A DNA stretch of 64,000 nucleotides. Origin: Bacteroidota bacterium (GTDB taxonomy: Bacteria; Bacteroidota; JABWAT01). How positions within the stretch are numbered: position 1 is the first letter of the stretch; each line of letters opens with the position of its first letter. The notes under the pieces are model-generated. The model saw only the letters and a program-made list of their open reading frames with translations. It did not search any database and had not been told where the DNA came from. This document shows, in pieces, positions 1 through 9,337 of the stretch. Both the position numbers and the translations under genes were made by a program. Location of the stretch: positions 258,098 to 322,097 of the forward strand of contig JABWAT010000002.1 of the NCBI GenBank assembly GCA_013360915.1. Direction: 5' to 3'.

Positions 1-41
1 ATTCGTAATTATAGGTATTACTTTGGTACATCGCAGTATCA

Positions 42-908
42 ATGCCAGAAGGTATTATGCTAATGAAAAATGATCATGGAGATGTATATATTGTTTATCG
101 AATTTATCCTAAAATATCAAAGGAGCCAATTTACTTTACAGATAAGGAATCGCTTGTATCAGAAACTTTAAGATCATTCAGAAGGGCTCTGGGCGATTTA
201 AAATATCATATCAATTTTATCTTAGATAATTGTCCAACTAACTATGAATCAATTATTTATAGTATATTTGATAAATCAAACATTTGCATAAACAATGTTA
301 TAAATGGTGGCAATGTAGGGACATTTATTATTCAAATTGATTCGGCTTTAGCGAATAAATATTCGGATATTATATATTTTGCAGAGGATGATTATTATTA
401 TACAGATAAATCACTTGAGCATGGATATAACCACATTATTCAAAATCCTGAAATTGACTTTCTCACACTATATTTTAATCCGGATTATCTCGAGCATTCT
501 ATTCACCTGCCCTATTTTGATAAAGAGGTCTACAAAAGGGAAAATTGGATCGATGTATCAACAACATGTCTGACTTTCTTTGCGAGAAGGGCATCCCTTG
601 TGAGGGCTATGCCACACTTTCTTACCTATAAAAAAAATAATTATGATTCAAGTATATTTTTATCATTAACAAAACTTGGTCTTTTCTCAAAACTACTTTA
701 TTGGAATTTACTCAAAGATATGTTTGAAGGAAAAAACGAAGTTCTAAAAATTGTAGCGAAAACTTTCTTATTCGGATTTTACCAGGTTTTGCTGGGGAGC
801 AGGTATAAACTTGTCTCAACAACAAAGCCCATTGCTACTCACCTTCAAAGTGACAGGCTTTCTCCTGGTGCTGATTGGCTTGAGATTATTTTAAGAAGTA
901 AAACCTAA
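42..908 (+). CDS. putative GT-A fold glycosyltransferase (AT-rich cassette)
   Basis: 288-aa ORF with an acidic DxD-like motif (FAEDDYYY). Lies in the AT-rich block at the head of the polysaccharide locus. No stronger family assignment is possible by eye. Confidence 0.4.
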   Translation: MPEGIMLMKNDHGDVYIVYRIYPKISKEPIYFTDKESLVSETLRSFRRALGDLKYHINFILDNCPTNYESIIYSIFDKSNICINNVINGGNVGTFIIQIDSALANKYSDIIYFAEDDYYYTDKSLEHGYNHIIQNPEIDFLTLYFNPDYLEHSIHLPYFDKEVYKRENWIDVSTTCLTFFARRASLVRAMPHFLTYKKNNYDSSIFLSLTKLGLFSKLLYWNLLKDMFEGKNEVLKIVAKTFLFGFYQVLLGSRYKLVSTTKPIATHLQSDRLSPGADWLEIILRSKT

Positions 909-934
909 AAGGAGTCCCAAAAAGAAATACTACT

Positions 935-2326
935 GTGATATCTAAATTTAATCCGGGACAGAACATTGTATTGGTAGGATTAACACAGATTTCTGATCCA
1001 CTGCTAAATTTTCTAATTGTACAACAGCTGGCGCTTGTATTAGAACAATCTGAATTTGGCTGGTATGGTTATGTTATTTCCTTGCTGGGTATATCCTCGA
1101 AGATTAGTGATTTTTCATCGAACACTATTCTTGTTAGGGAGTATTGCAAAGAATATAATAGAATAGTTGTTTCAAGTTATTTTTCTGTAAGAGTAATTCT
1201 TATCTTAATTTCGCTTATTTTATTTGTTATTATTTCGTGGAATACAATCGAAGTAGGGCACCAATTACTTCCGTTTCTTGTCTTGCTGCTTCTGTTTCTG
1301 CCAAGAATTGATAGTTTACGATCGACTGTTAATTCTATAGCGCGTTCCCAATTCCTGAGCTCTAATATTCTATATGTTACTGTTGTAGAAGGCTTTCTTG
1401 TTTTACTGGTTATTATTTTAGGTTCCAAATTAAGTATATTTTCAATTACCTATTTTATTATTTCAATATCATTTGTATATACAATTGGAACACTCTATTT
1501 GTTTTCAAGGATAGGATTCAGTTTAAGGGAAATATTCATCTTTCCAAAGATTGGCACAATTACTTCCGTGATTAGGCAGTCTTCACCTTTAATTATAATT
1601 ACAATTAGTGATTTGGTAATCAACAGTGGAATAATAGTATATATAAAAATGAGATATGGTTATACAAGTACTGCTGAATTTAGTGTTGTTCAGCGCTTGT
1701 ATCTTCCACTTATGTTTATTCCTGCCAGTATTGCATATGGAATGGTTCCATTTTGGGTGAATCAACAAACCGTATCATTAACAAAGTGTTCAATTATTAG
1801 AACATTAAACTGGTTAGTAGTTACTGGTTTGATAATACTGGGATTTATTATAGGATATCGTAATGAAATATTAGGTGGGCTTTTTGGTTCAAATTATATT
1901 GATAGTTCAACTACTCTCTTGTATATATATTACTCAGTTCCAGCAGCCTTTATATCCTTTTTCATAGGTGAGTATTTGATAGCTGTTGGCAAGACAATGG
2001 AAGTGATCGTTAGTAGATTATTTAATATTATTGTCTTCATTGTGATTGTACTTGCTTTTGGTAATTCTCTTGAAGCTATTGCGTTGGCTTTTTCAATCGC
2101 AACACTTTGTGGTTCGATATATTTGCTTGTTAAGTGTAAGCAGAGTATAAGTCTGAGAGAAATATCACGAGAAGATTTATCACTCTATATATTCCCAATG
2201 ATTCTCTTTATTTGTATTAATTATTTAAAATCGTCTGTAATATTATGGATTGTTCCCTTTAGTTTAATTTATTTGTTAGTAACATACAAATCTGGAATAT
2301 TTCGGATAAATTATGTTGGAAAATAA
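935..2326 (+). CDS. multi-TM polysaccharide flippase (Wzx-like) or polymerase-like membrane protein
   Basis: 463-aa ORF, very hydrophobic with roughly 12 predicted TM segments. Sits between glycosyltransferases in the AT-rich region. Confidence 0.5.
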   Translation: MISKFNPGQNIVLVGLTQISDPLLNFLIVQQLALVLEQSEFGWYGYVISLLGISSKISDFSSNTILVREYCKEYNRIVVSSYFSVRVILILISLILFVIISWNTIEVGHQLLPFLVLLLLFLPRIDSLRSTVNSIARSQFLSSNILYVTVVEGFLVLLVIILGSKLSIFSITYFIISISFVYTIGTLYLFSRIGFSLREIFIFPKIGTITSVIRQSSPLIIITISDLVINSGIIVYIKMRYGYTSTAEFSVVQRLYLPLMFIPASIAYGMVPFWVNQQTVSLTKCSIIRTLNWLVVTGLIILGFIIGYRNEILGGLFGSNYIDSSTTLLYIYYSVPAAFISFFIGEYLIAVGKTMEVIVSRLFNIIVFIVIVLAFGNSLEAIALAFSIATLCGSIYLLVKCKQSISLREISREDLSLYIFPMILFICINYLKSSVILWIVPFSLIYLLVTYKSGIFRINYVGK

Positions 2327-3242
2327 CCCTGTTATTTCTTTTATACTTATAAATTATAATTCTGATGTATTTCTAAATAATATAGTACGTGAGATAATAA
2401 CCAAAGTACACAAGGTTTTGTTCGAGATTGTAGTATTTGAGAATTGCTCAACGGAACAGCAGGATTTTTCGGAAATCGAAAAAATAGGACAAGTACGATT
2501 AATAAAATCATTTAAAAATCTTGGTTTTGGAAGGGGATGTAATGAGGCTGTACAACACGCCAAGGGTGATTACTTCATTTTTATTAATCCTGATACAGAA
2601 ATTGTTAATCTTGATTTAATCTATTTACTCGAACTTATTCGGAATAAAGAGATTGGAGTTCTGGGAATACAACATGTCGATAGTACTAATAGTAGAGTAA
2701 TTTCTGTTCGACCTTTTTGTGGAGTCAGGCAGGCATTATTTGAATTATTTTGGTTGAATCGTCTTGTTGATTGGTTCAATTCCAAGCGAATTGATTTTTC
2801 AGTCCGAAACAGAGGCTACGCTGAGGTTGATTTTGTCTCTGGTGCATTTATGCTCATCAGAAAACCAGTTTTTAAGGAAATGAATGGTTTTGATCCCTTT
2901 TATTTTATGTATGTAGAAGAAGCCGATTTTGCATGGCGACTTAAAAAATCAGGATATAAAAATATTTTTGTTCCATCACAAGTTATCCGTCATTTCCAGG
3001 GAAAAAGTGTAAAGAATTATATCTTTGAACTTGAGAATAATCACCGTAATCAGATTTACTTTGTTTTTAAATTTCGAGGATTGGTGTCTGCAATTCTTTT
3101 TACTTGCATCCAATCATTAAATAAAGCTATACGAGGAATAGTTTATTTATTATTCGGTCTATTATCGGATTCAGTACAAAATAAAAAGAAAGGTTTTGCC
3201 TTTTTACAGGTTGCCAAAATTTATTGGTGGAGTAAAAAATGA
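2313..3242 (+). CDS. glycosyltransferase family 2
   Basis: N-terminus ISFILINYNS is typical of GT2. FINPD (DxD-like) motif and C-terminal FAWRLKKSGY region resemble rhamnosyltransferase-type GT2. Overlaps the upstream ORF by 14 nt. Confidence 0.75.
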   Translation: MLENNPVISFILINYNSDVFLNNIVREIITKVHKVLFEIVVFENCSTEQQDFSEIEKIGQVRLIKSFKNLGFGRGCNEAVQHAKGDYFIFINPDTEIVNLDLIYLLELIRNKEIGVLGIQHVDSTNSRVISVRPFCGVRQALFELFWLNRLVDWFNSKRIDFSVRNRGYAEVDFVSGAFMLIRKPVFKEMNGFDPFYFMYVEEADFAWRLKKSGYKNIFVPSQVIRHFQGKSVKNYIFELENNHRNQIYFVFKFRGLVSAILFTCIQSLNKAIRGIVYLLFGLLSDSVQNKKKGFAFLQVAKIYWWSKK

Positions 3243-4444
3243 AAATTCTGCAGATTTCTCCGCAGGTTCCCTTTCCACCAAATGATGGGGGGCGTATCAG
3301 CATTCATGGCATCCTGACATCTATGGCCTCTCTGGGCCACCAGTTACATTTTTTGACCTATGCAAAGGAGTGGTCAGTTTTGGATGCAGAAAAGATTATT
3401 GGTCCATTCGCCACTCCACATATTATCAGCTTTCATCCCAAGCATAATGTATCTGGTGGAATACTGAATTTATTCTCTCCCATTCCATATAATATCGAGA
3501 AATTTCATCGGAATGAATTCCTGAAAGTTGTTCAGGAAATTATCGCCAACGAGTCGATCGACGTGGTTCATATTGACCATTTGCATATGGGGTGGGTTGT
3601 GCATTGGTTGAAGGCAAACACAAAGATTCCAGTTGTTTTACGTCAGCATAATCTGGAAATGCGGATTATGAAACGGTACGCAGAACAGGAAACCAATTGG
3701 ATGATCAGGACATATGCTAATCTTCAATATAGAAAGCTCCTGAAATACGAACCAACAATTTGTGCCATGTTTGATGCTGTCGTCATGATTTCTGATTCCG
3801 ATGAGGTGGAATTACGTCAATTAAATCCCACAGTTAAGGCAATGACAATCCCAAGCGGTATATCATCTGCTTTGCTTGAACGAAAAATCGGTAAGACTAC
3901 CGGTATTAAAATTGCTCATATTGGTGCCATGGATTGGGCACCTAACCGGGATTCTCTTTTATCATTTATTTCACTCCATTTGCCTGAAATTATACGACAG
4001 TTTCCTGAATTGAAACTGGTTGCCATTGGAAGGGGAACAGACCAGATTGAAATCCCCGATCCGTTGAAATCCTTTGTTGATGCCAAAGGTTTTGTTGGTG
4101 ATGTTTGGAAGGAATTGGATTCTTGTATTGCTCTGGTTGTTCCTCTGCGGATCGGTGGGGGAATACGTATCAAAATATTAGAAATGATGGCTGCCGGTAT
4201 TCCTGTGATATCTTCAACTGTTGGTGCAGAAGGTTTGCCCTTTGTGTCTGGTAAAATAGGGTTTATTGCCGACTCCTCATCGGAGTATTGTGCTGCAATC
4301 CAACAATTAATACAGACTCCCGGAAAAAGAGAACAAATCATTATGTCTGCACGACATACCATTAGAGAACAGCATACATGGGAAATTATTGGTGGTCGGT
4401 TTGAACAATTATACATACAATTAATAAAGAACAAGGGATCCTGA
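3239..4444 (+). CDS. glycosyltransferase family 4 (GT-B)
   Basis: MKILQISPQ...PPNDGGR N-terminus and C-terminal E-x7-E-like region EMMAAGIPVISSTVGAEG. ATGA overlap with the upstream gene. Confidence 0.75.
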   Translation: MKILQISPQVPFPPNDGGRISIHGILTSMASLGHQLHFLTYAKEWSVLDAEKIIGPFATPHIISFHPKHNVSGGILNLFSPIPYNIEKFHRNEFLKVVQEIIANESIDVVHIDHLHMGWVVHWLKANTKIPVVLRQHNLEMRIMKRYAEQETNWMIRTYANLQYRKLLKYEPTICAMFDAVVMISDSDEVELRQLNPTVKAMTIPSGISSALLERKIGKTTGIKIAHIGAMDWAPNRDSLLSFISLHLPEIIRQFPELKLVAIGRGTDQIEIPDPLKSFVDAKGFVGDVWKELDSCIALVVPLRIGGGIRIKILEMMAAGIPVISSTVGAEGLPFVSGKIGFIADSSSEYCAAIQQLIQTPGKREQIIMSARHTIREQHTWEIIGGRFEQLYIQLIKNKGS

Positions 4445-5607
4445 TGGAACTGGTTTCCCTGGTTTTTATCGGAGTATCATTTTTGCTGGTCATATACAGC
4501 TATGTCGGATATCCATTTTTTCTGCATTTCCGGGTAAAAAAAGGGCCGGTGCTTCAGCGTCCGCCGGAAGTAGCTGAACAGCCCACTATCTCGATGATCA
4601 TTTCACTGTACAACGAGGAGTCTGTCATATCCGAAAAACTGGCAAACATTAATTCCATCGACTACCCCACTGACAAACTGACCGTTTTTTTTGGTCTTGA
4701 TTCCTGCAGCGATCATACAGAAGAACTTATCAGGTCCACACCGCTAAAATTTCCAGTCCGTTTGATTCATTATCCTGAACGACGGGGAAAAATCTTTGTT
4801 CTATTTGATCTGGTTATGGAGGCAAAGTCGGAATTGTTATTTTTTTCCGATGGTAATACCATGTTGCAACCGGATGCAATCCGAAACATGACGCCATGGT
4901 TTCAGAACCCGGTAATAAATGGAGTATGTGGGATGTTGTCTCTGGTTCCCAAGGGTGAAATGAAATGGAATGAAGTATTGTATTGGGACTATGAAACAAG
5001 AATAAAGTCAGATGAAGGCTCCCTGGGGTATTGCATTGGAGCCAATGGTGGAAATTACCTGATACGAAAATCCGCCTTTCCTTTCAGTTTGGGGCCTGGT
5101 TTGTATACTGACGATTTTGTGATTGGTCTGGCATCCCTTCTGGATGGGGGGCAGTTTGTTTTCGATTCTAAATCGAAAGCAATCGAGGAAGATACAGGTA
5201 ATCGTCGTGTTGAATTCAAGCGAAAAATCAGAATTGGAAAATCCAATCTGTCCACACTGATCTATATCAGAAGTTGGTTCCGGCGTCTCTCTTTGACTCC
5301 GGTTTTCTTTTTGATCTCACATAAAATGTTAAGATGGCTTGTCCCACTGGTAATGGTTTTTGTCTCTTTGCTACTCGTAGTTAATACTGTTATTTTTGGC
5401 TCTTTTTGGTGTTATTTATGTGGAGTGGTTCTTTTTGCCCATCTGCTTTCGACCATTCTCTTTCTTATGCCTGCCAGTAAATTTCCCGTAAGATTCATTG
5501 ATTCAGCTCTCTACATCATTCTGATGAACTGGGCTTTGTTTTTTGGGTATGTGAGGTTCTTCCTAGGTTCGAGAGAGTCGTTCTGGTCATCAACTATCAG
5601 AAAATGA
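4444..5607 (+). CDS. membrane-bound glycosyltransferase family 2 (synthase-like)
   Basis: N-terminal TM, then PTISMIISLYNEE GT2 core, DSCSD and FSDGNT acidic motifs, and a C-terminal multi-TM region. Confidence 0.65.
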   Translation: MELVSLVFIGVSFLLVIYSYVGYPFFLHFRVKKGPVLQRPPEVAEQPTISMIISLYNEESVISEKLANINSIDYPTDKLTVFFGLDSCSDHTEELIRSTPLKFPVRLIHYPERRGKIFVLFDLVMEAKSELLFFSDGNTMLQPDAIRNMTPWFQNPVINGVCGMLSLVPKGEMKWNEVLYWDYETRIKSDEGSLGYCIGANGGNYLIRKSAFPFSLGPGLYTDDFVIGLASLLDGGQFVFDSKSKAIEEDTGNRRVEFKRKIRIGKSNLSTLIYIRSWFRRLSLTPVFFLISHKMLRWLVPLVMVFVSLLLVVNTVIFGSFWCYLCGVVLFAHLLSTILFLMPASKFPVRFIDSALYIILMNWALFFGYVRFFLGSRESFWSSTIRK

Positions 5608-5608
5608 C

Positions 5609-6994
5609 ATGATAAAAATCATTTTTGCCTTCATCCTCCTCTTCGATCTGCTCGCCTTTAATTTGTCCTGGTGGGGGTATTACACCATCCGGACGATGGT
5701 TCAACCCGATGAGTTTTCCATTGTTCCCGAGCAGTTATGGGTCACGTCGGTGATCATGTCAGGGTATTGGTTTCTGATTTTCTTCCTGAGTGGGATGTAC
5801 CAGGTCCGGCTGATTGTTTCCCGTTTTGATGAAGCCATTCAACTGGTGAAAACAACCTTAATCGGTACCCTTATCATCGCCTTTCTTATTTTTCTGGATG
5901 AGGCAAGGGTTTCGCAGATTGCTGACGTGCGGCTGGTGATTCTGCTTTACTGGTTGGTACTGATGGCGCTGACCCTTGGTTTCCGGCTGACCATACGGAC
6001 TATTCAGCGGCATATGGTTGTGACCGGCCGGCTGGCACGCCGGACCATCGTGATCGGGTCGGGGAAAAAGGCCATTCTGGCTGCCAGAAATGTAAATCAG
6101 TACCCGGCACTCGGGTATCATTTCATCGGGTTTGTGCTTCAGGGAAAACCAACGGTCGACCTGACCCCTGCATTGGGTGATGTGAAGGAGCTGAAAGATC
6201 TGATTAAGTCGGAGCAGGTGGAGGAAATCATTGTTGCCATCGAAACCGATGACCGGCCGTTCCTTTCAGAGGTCCTTTCGACGGTTAACGGGGGACGGGT
6301 GGGTGTCAAAATCATTCCCGATTTATATGATGTGGTATCCGGCCAGGCCAGAACTCAGCAGATATACGGGTTCCCGCTGATCGATCTGAATCCGAACTTT
6401 CTTACACCCTTTGAAAAGGCGGCTAAACGAGCGTTCGATGTGGTTTTTTCTTTGTTATTTCTGCTGGCTGCCTCTCCCGTCATGTTGTTGAGTGCGCTGA
6501 TTATCCGGTTGGAAAGCAAGGGTCCTGTGTTTTTCATTCAGGAACGGGTCGGCCGGAATGGCAGACCGATCCGGGTGATCAAGTTCCGGTCCATGGTGGT
6601 AGATGCAGAAAAGCACACCGGTCCGGTTCTGGCAACGAAAGATGACCCGCGGATCACCCGTTGGGGTCGGTTTATGCGGAAAACCCGGATTGATGAATTT
6701 CCTCAATTATTCAACGTGCTGAAAGGGGATATGTCGGTGGTGGGTCCCCGGCCGGAGCGGCAGCATTTCATCGATAAGTACCGGGATCTTGTTCCGTTTT
6801 ATGAACGCAGGCTGAAAGTTCAGCCAGGAATCACGGGCCTGGCTCAGGTGAAGGGAAGTTATGAGAATTCGCTTGAAGATGTCTTTGAAAAGTTAAAATT
6901 CGACCTGTACTACATTGAGAATATGTCCTTTAAAATGGATATGACGATTCTGTTTCATACGGTATTTACGATGCTTCGCATGAAAGGGCAGTGA
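5609..6994 (+). CDS. exopolysaccharide polyprenyl glycosylphosphotransferase (WbaP/WcaJ family priming sugar transferase)
   Basis: N-terminal TMs and a CoA-binding-like central domain. C-terminal bacterial sugar transferase signature KRAFD...PGITGLAQV with DEFPQL...GDMSVVGPRPE. Confidence 0.85.
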   Translation: MIKIIFAFILLFDLLAFNLSWWGYYTIRTMVQPDEFSIVPEQLWVTSVIMSGYWFLIFFLSGMYQVRLIVSRFDEAIQLVKTTLIGTLIIAFLIFLDEARVSQIADVRLVILLYWLVLMALTLGFRLTIRTIQRHMVVTGRLARRTIVIGSGKKAILAARNVNQYPALGYHFIGFVLQGKPTVDLTPALGDVKELKDLIKSEQVEEIIVAIETDDRPFLSEVLSTVNGGRVGVKIIPDLYDVVSGQARTQQIYGFPLIDLNPNFLTPFEKAAKRAFDVVFSLLFLLAASPVMLLSALIIRLESKGPVFFIQERVGRNGRPIRVIKFRSMVVDAEKHTGPVLATKDDPRITRWGRFMRKTRIDEFPQLFNVLKGDMSVVGPRPERQHFIDKYRDLVPFYERRLKVQPGITGLAQVKGSYENSLEDVFEKLKFDLYYIENMSFKMDMTILFHTVFTMLRMKGQ

Positions 6995-7055
6995 AAAAGT
7001 CTATTAACCACGAAGGACACAAAGGGGTTTAAAAAGGGCACTAAGAATTAACACA

Positions 7056-7427
7056 ATGGATGATGAACATATTATCAGGAAGATTTTGGATTGCTCCTTT
7101 AAAGTTCACAAGACCTTAGGCCCGGGATTATTGGAATCTGCTTATGAAGAGTGCCTTAACTATGAGTTAGTTAAATCTGGGTTAAGGATCGAAAGGCAAA
7201 AGGGACTTCCGATTGTTTATGAAGAAATTCATATCGGCGTTGGCTATCGACTTGATCTTTTAGTGGAAAGCAGAATCATCGTTGAAATTAAGGCGGTCGA
7301 ATGTCTTCTTGATGTTCATTACGCTCAAATAATCACCTATTTGAAATTGTCAAATCTGAAACTTGGTCTTTTAATTAACTTCAATACAAAACTATTGAAA
7401 AATGGAATTCATCGTATCATTAATTAA
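7056..7427 (+). CDS. GxxExxY family protein (PD-(D/E)XK-like)
   Basis: 123 aa. The GPGLLESAY motif matches G-x-x-E-x-x-Y. More AT-rich than the flanking genes. Confidence 0.65.
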   Translation: MDDEHIIRKILDCSFKVHKTLGPGLLESAYEECLNYELVKSGLRIERQKGLPIVYEEIHIGVGYRLDLLVESRIIVEIKAVECLLDVHYAQIITYLKLSNLKLGLLINFNTKLLKNGIHRIIN

Positions 7428-7430
7428 TCA

Positions 7431-7463
7431 CTTTGTGATCTTTTTAATTACTTGGTGATCTTT
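7431..7463 (+). promoter_or_regulatory. 13-nt direct repeat (CTTkGTGATCTTT x2, 20-nt spacing) upstream of the aminotransferase gene
   Basis: CTTTGTGATCTTT at 7431-7443 and CTTGGTGATCTTT at 7451-7463, about 35 nt upstream of the ATG at 7496. Confidence 0.3.
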
Positions 7464-7495
7464 GTGGTTAGAAAAAGTTAAAAAGGTAGCCTACT

Positions 7496-8599
7496 ATGTC
7501 TATTTCGATGGTTGATCTGAAAAACCAGTACCTGAAAATCAAGCCAGAGGTCGATGCGGCCATTCAGAAGGTGCTTGATACAACCGCGTATATTGGTGGT
7601 CCTGATTGCGGAGAACTGGAATGTGAACTGGCTGGTTATCACGGTGTGAAACATGCCATCGGGTGTGCAAACGGAACCGATGCCCTGCAGATTGCCATGA
7701 TGGCCCTTGGAATCGGACCGGGTGATGAAGTGGTGACCACCGCCTTTTCCTTCGTGGCCACTACCGAAACCATTGCTGTGACCGGTGCACGTCCGGTTTA
7801 TGTGGATATCCATCCGAAAACCTTTAATATGGATCCGTCTAAACTGGAAGCGGCCATTACGGCCCGCACCAAAGCCATCATTCCCGTTCATCTGTACGGA
7901 CAACCAGCCGATATGGATGAGATTCTGCAGATTGCGGCCAAATACCGTCTGCCGGTGATTGAAGACAATGCCCAATCGATCGGAGCCTTGTACAAAGGGA
8001 AAAAAGCCGGGTCCATGGGACTGATTTCCACGACTTCTTTCTATCCTGCTAAAAACCTGGGTTGTTTTGGTGATGGTGGTATGATTTTCACCAATGATGA
8101 CCGTCTGGCCGAGAAACTGCGGATGATTGCCAATCACGGATCCCGGAAACGATATTACCATGAAATACTGGGACTGAACAGCCGTCTTGATACCATTCAG
8201 GCGGCCGTCCTGCGGGTGAAACTCAAATACCTCGATCAGTGGGCCACTGCCCGCCAGCAGGCAGCAGAAACGTATAACCGTCTGCTTTCCGGTTCGGGAG
8301 TGGTAACCCCGTTTCTGGCTCCCGACCGGACTCACGTGTACCATCAGTACTCGATTCTGGCTGATAAACGGTCTGCTCTTCAGGATTTTCTGAAAACCAA
8401 GGGTATTCCCACAGCGGTTCATTACCCGCATGCACTTCATTTGCAACCGGCTTTTTCGAACTATGGATTTATCGCCGGTGATTTTCCGGTGGCTGAAGAT
8501 GCGGCCAGCCGGATTCTCTGTCTGCCTATCCACACTGAAATGACGGCCGAGCAGCTTACCTTCATTTCAGAATCTATTCACCAATTTTATAAATCATGA
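7496..8599 (+). CDS. DegT/DnrJ/EryC1/StrS-family PLP-dependent sugar aminotransferase
   Basis: Conserved N-terminus (L..QY..I..E...A...VL....YIGGP...FE.E.A.Y.G.KHA...NGTDAL) and the ArnB/WecE-like layout. Confidence 0.85.
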   Translation: MSISMVDLKNQYLKIKPEVDAAIQKVLDTTAYIGGPDCGELECELAGYHGVKHAIGCANGTDALQIAMMALGIGPGDEVVTTAFSFVATTETIAVTGARPVYVDIHPKTFNMDPSKLEAAITARTKAIIPVHLYGQPADMDEILQIAAKYRLPVIEDNAQSIGALYKGKKAGSMGLISTTSFYPAKNLGCFGDGGMIFTNDDRLAEKLRMIANHGSRKRYYHEILGLNSRLDTIQAAVLRVKLKYLDQWATARQQAAETYNRLLSGSGVVTPFLAPDRTHVYHQYSILADKRSALQDFLKTKGIPTAVHYPHALHLQPAFSNYGFIAGDFPVAEDAASRILCLPIHTEMTAEQLTFISESIHQFYKS

Positions 8600-9330
8600 G
8601 TACCACTCCACAACCAAACCCGGTTCTGGTCATTGTGCCCACCTATAATGAGGTGGAAAATATTGACCGGCTTCTCTCCAGAATCCGTGCACAGGAAGTT
8701 CCGGTGGATATCCTGTTTATCGATGATAACTCGAAGGATGGCACCTCTGAGAAGATCAAGGCACACATGGCAGCCGATCCGCACATTGCCATTCTGGAAC
8801 GTCCCGGCAAAATGGGATTGGGAACTGCTTATGTGGCAGGTTTCAAGTATGCATTGGAACGTTCCTACCAGTATATCATGGAAATGGATGCCGATCTCAG
8901 CCATGATCCCGGCGAAATTCCCCGGTTTCTTCAGGCCGCTCAGGAGGCTGATATTGTGCTGGGCTCGAGATATATCACCGGTGTGAATGTTATCAATTGG
9001 CCTTTGAAACGACTGATTCTCAGTTATGGTGCCAATGTCTATGCAGGGTTGGTCCTTGGTACCAAAATCAAGGACATGACCGGCGGCTTTAAAATGTTCA
9101 GACGGGAGGTCCTGGAAAGTCTGGATCTGGACCGGTTAAAATCGAACGGATACAGTTTCCAGATTGAAACCACTTACCGTGCCCTTTGCAAGGGTTTTAA
9201 AGTCCGCGAAATCTCCATCATTTTTTACGACCGGACTGCCGGAAGCAGCAAAATGTCCAAAGCCATCGTCAGGGAAGCCATTATGATGGTATGGAAGCTC
9301 CGTCTTCGTCATCTGATCGGGCGGTTATAA
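8596..9330 (+). CDS. polyprenol-phosphate glycosyltransferase, GT2 (DPM1/ArnC-like)
   Basis: VIVPTYNE..NI, IDDNSKDGT and GLGTAYVAGF are diagnostic of dolichyl/undecaprenyl-phosphate sugar synthases. ATGA overlap with the aminotransferase. Confidence 0.8.
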   Translation: MSTTPQPNPVLVIVPTYNEVENIDRLLSRIRAQEVPVDILFIDDNSKDGTSEKIKAHMAADPHIAILERPGKMGLGTAYVAGFKYALERSYQYIMEMDADLSHDPGEIPRFLQAAQEADIVLGSRYITGVNVINWPLKRLILSYGANVYAGLVLGTKIKDMTGGFKMFRREVLESLDLDRLKSNGYSFQIETTYRALCKGFKVREISIIFYDRTAGSSKMSKAIVREAIMMVWKLRLRHLIGRL

Positions 9331-9337
9331 CCCCGGC

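Noticed and set aside
7478-8533. 351-aa minus-strand ORF overlapping the DegT aminotransferase gene
   Set aside because: The translation is low-complexity and Arg/Gly/His-rich with no domain-like pattern. It is an antisense shadow ORF of a GC-rich, strongly supported plus-strand gene.
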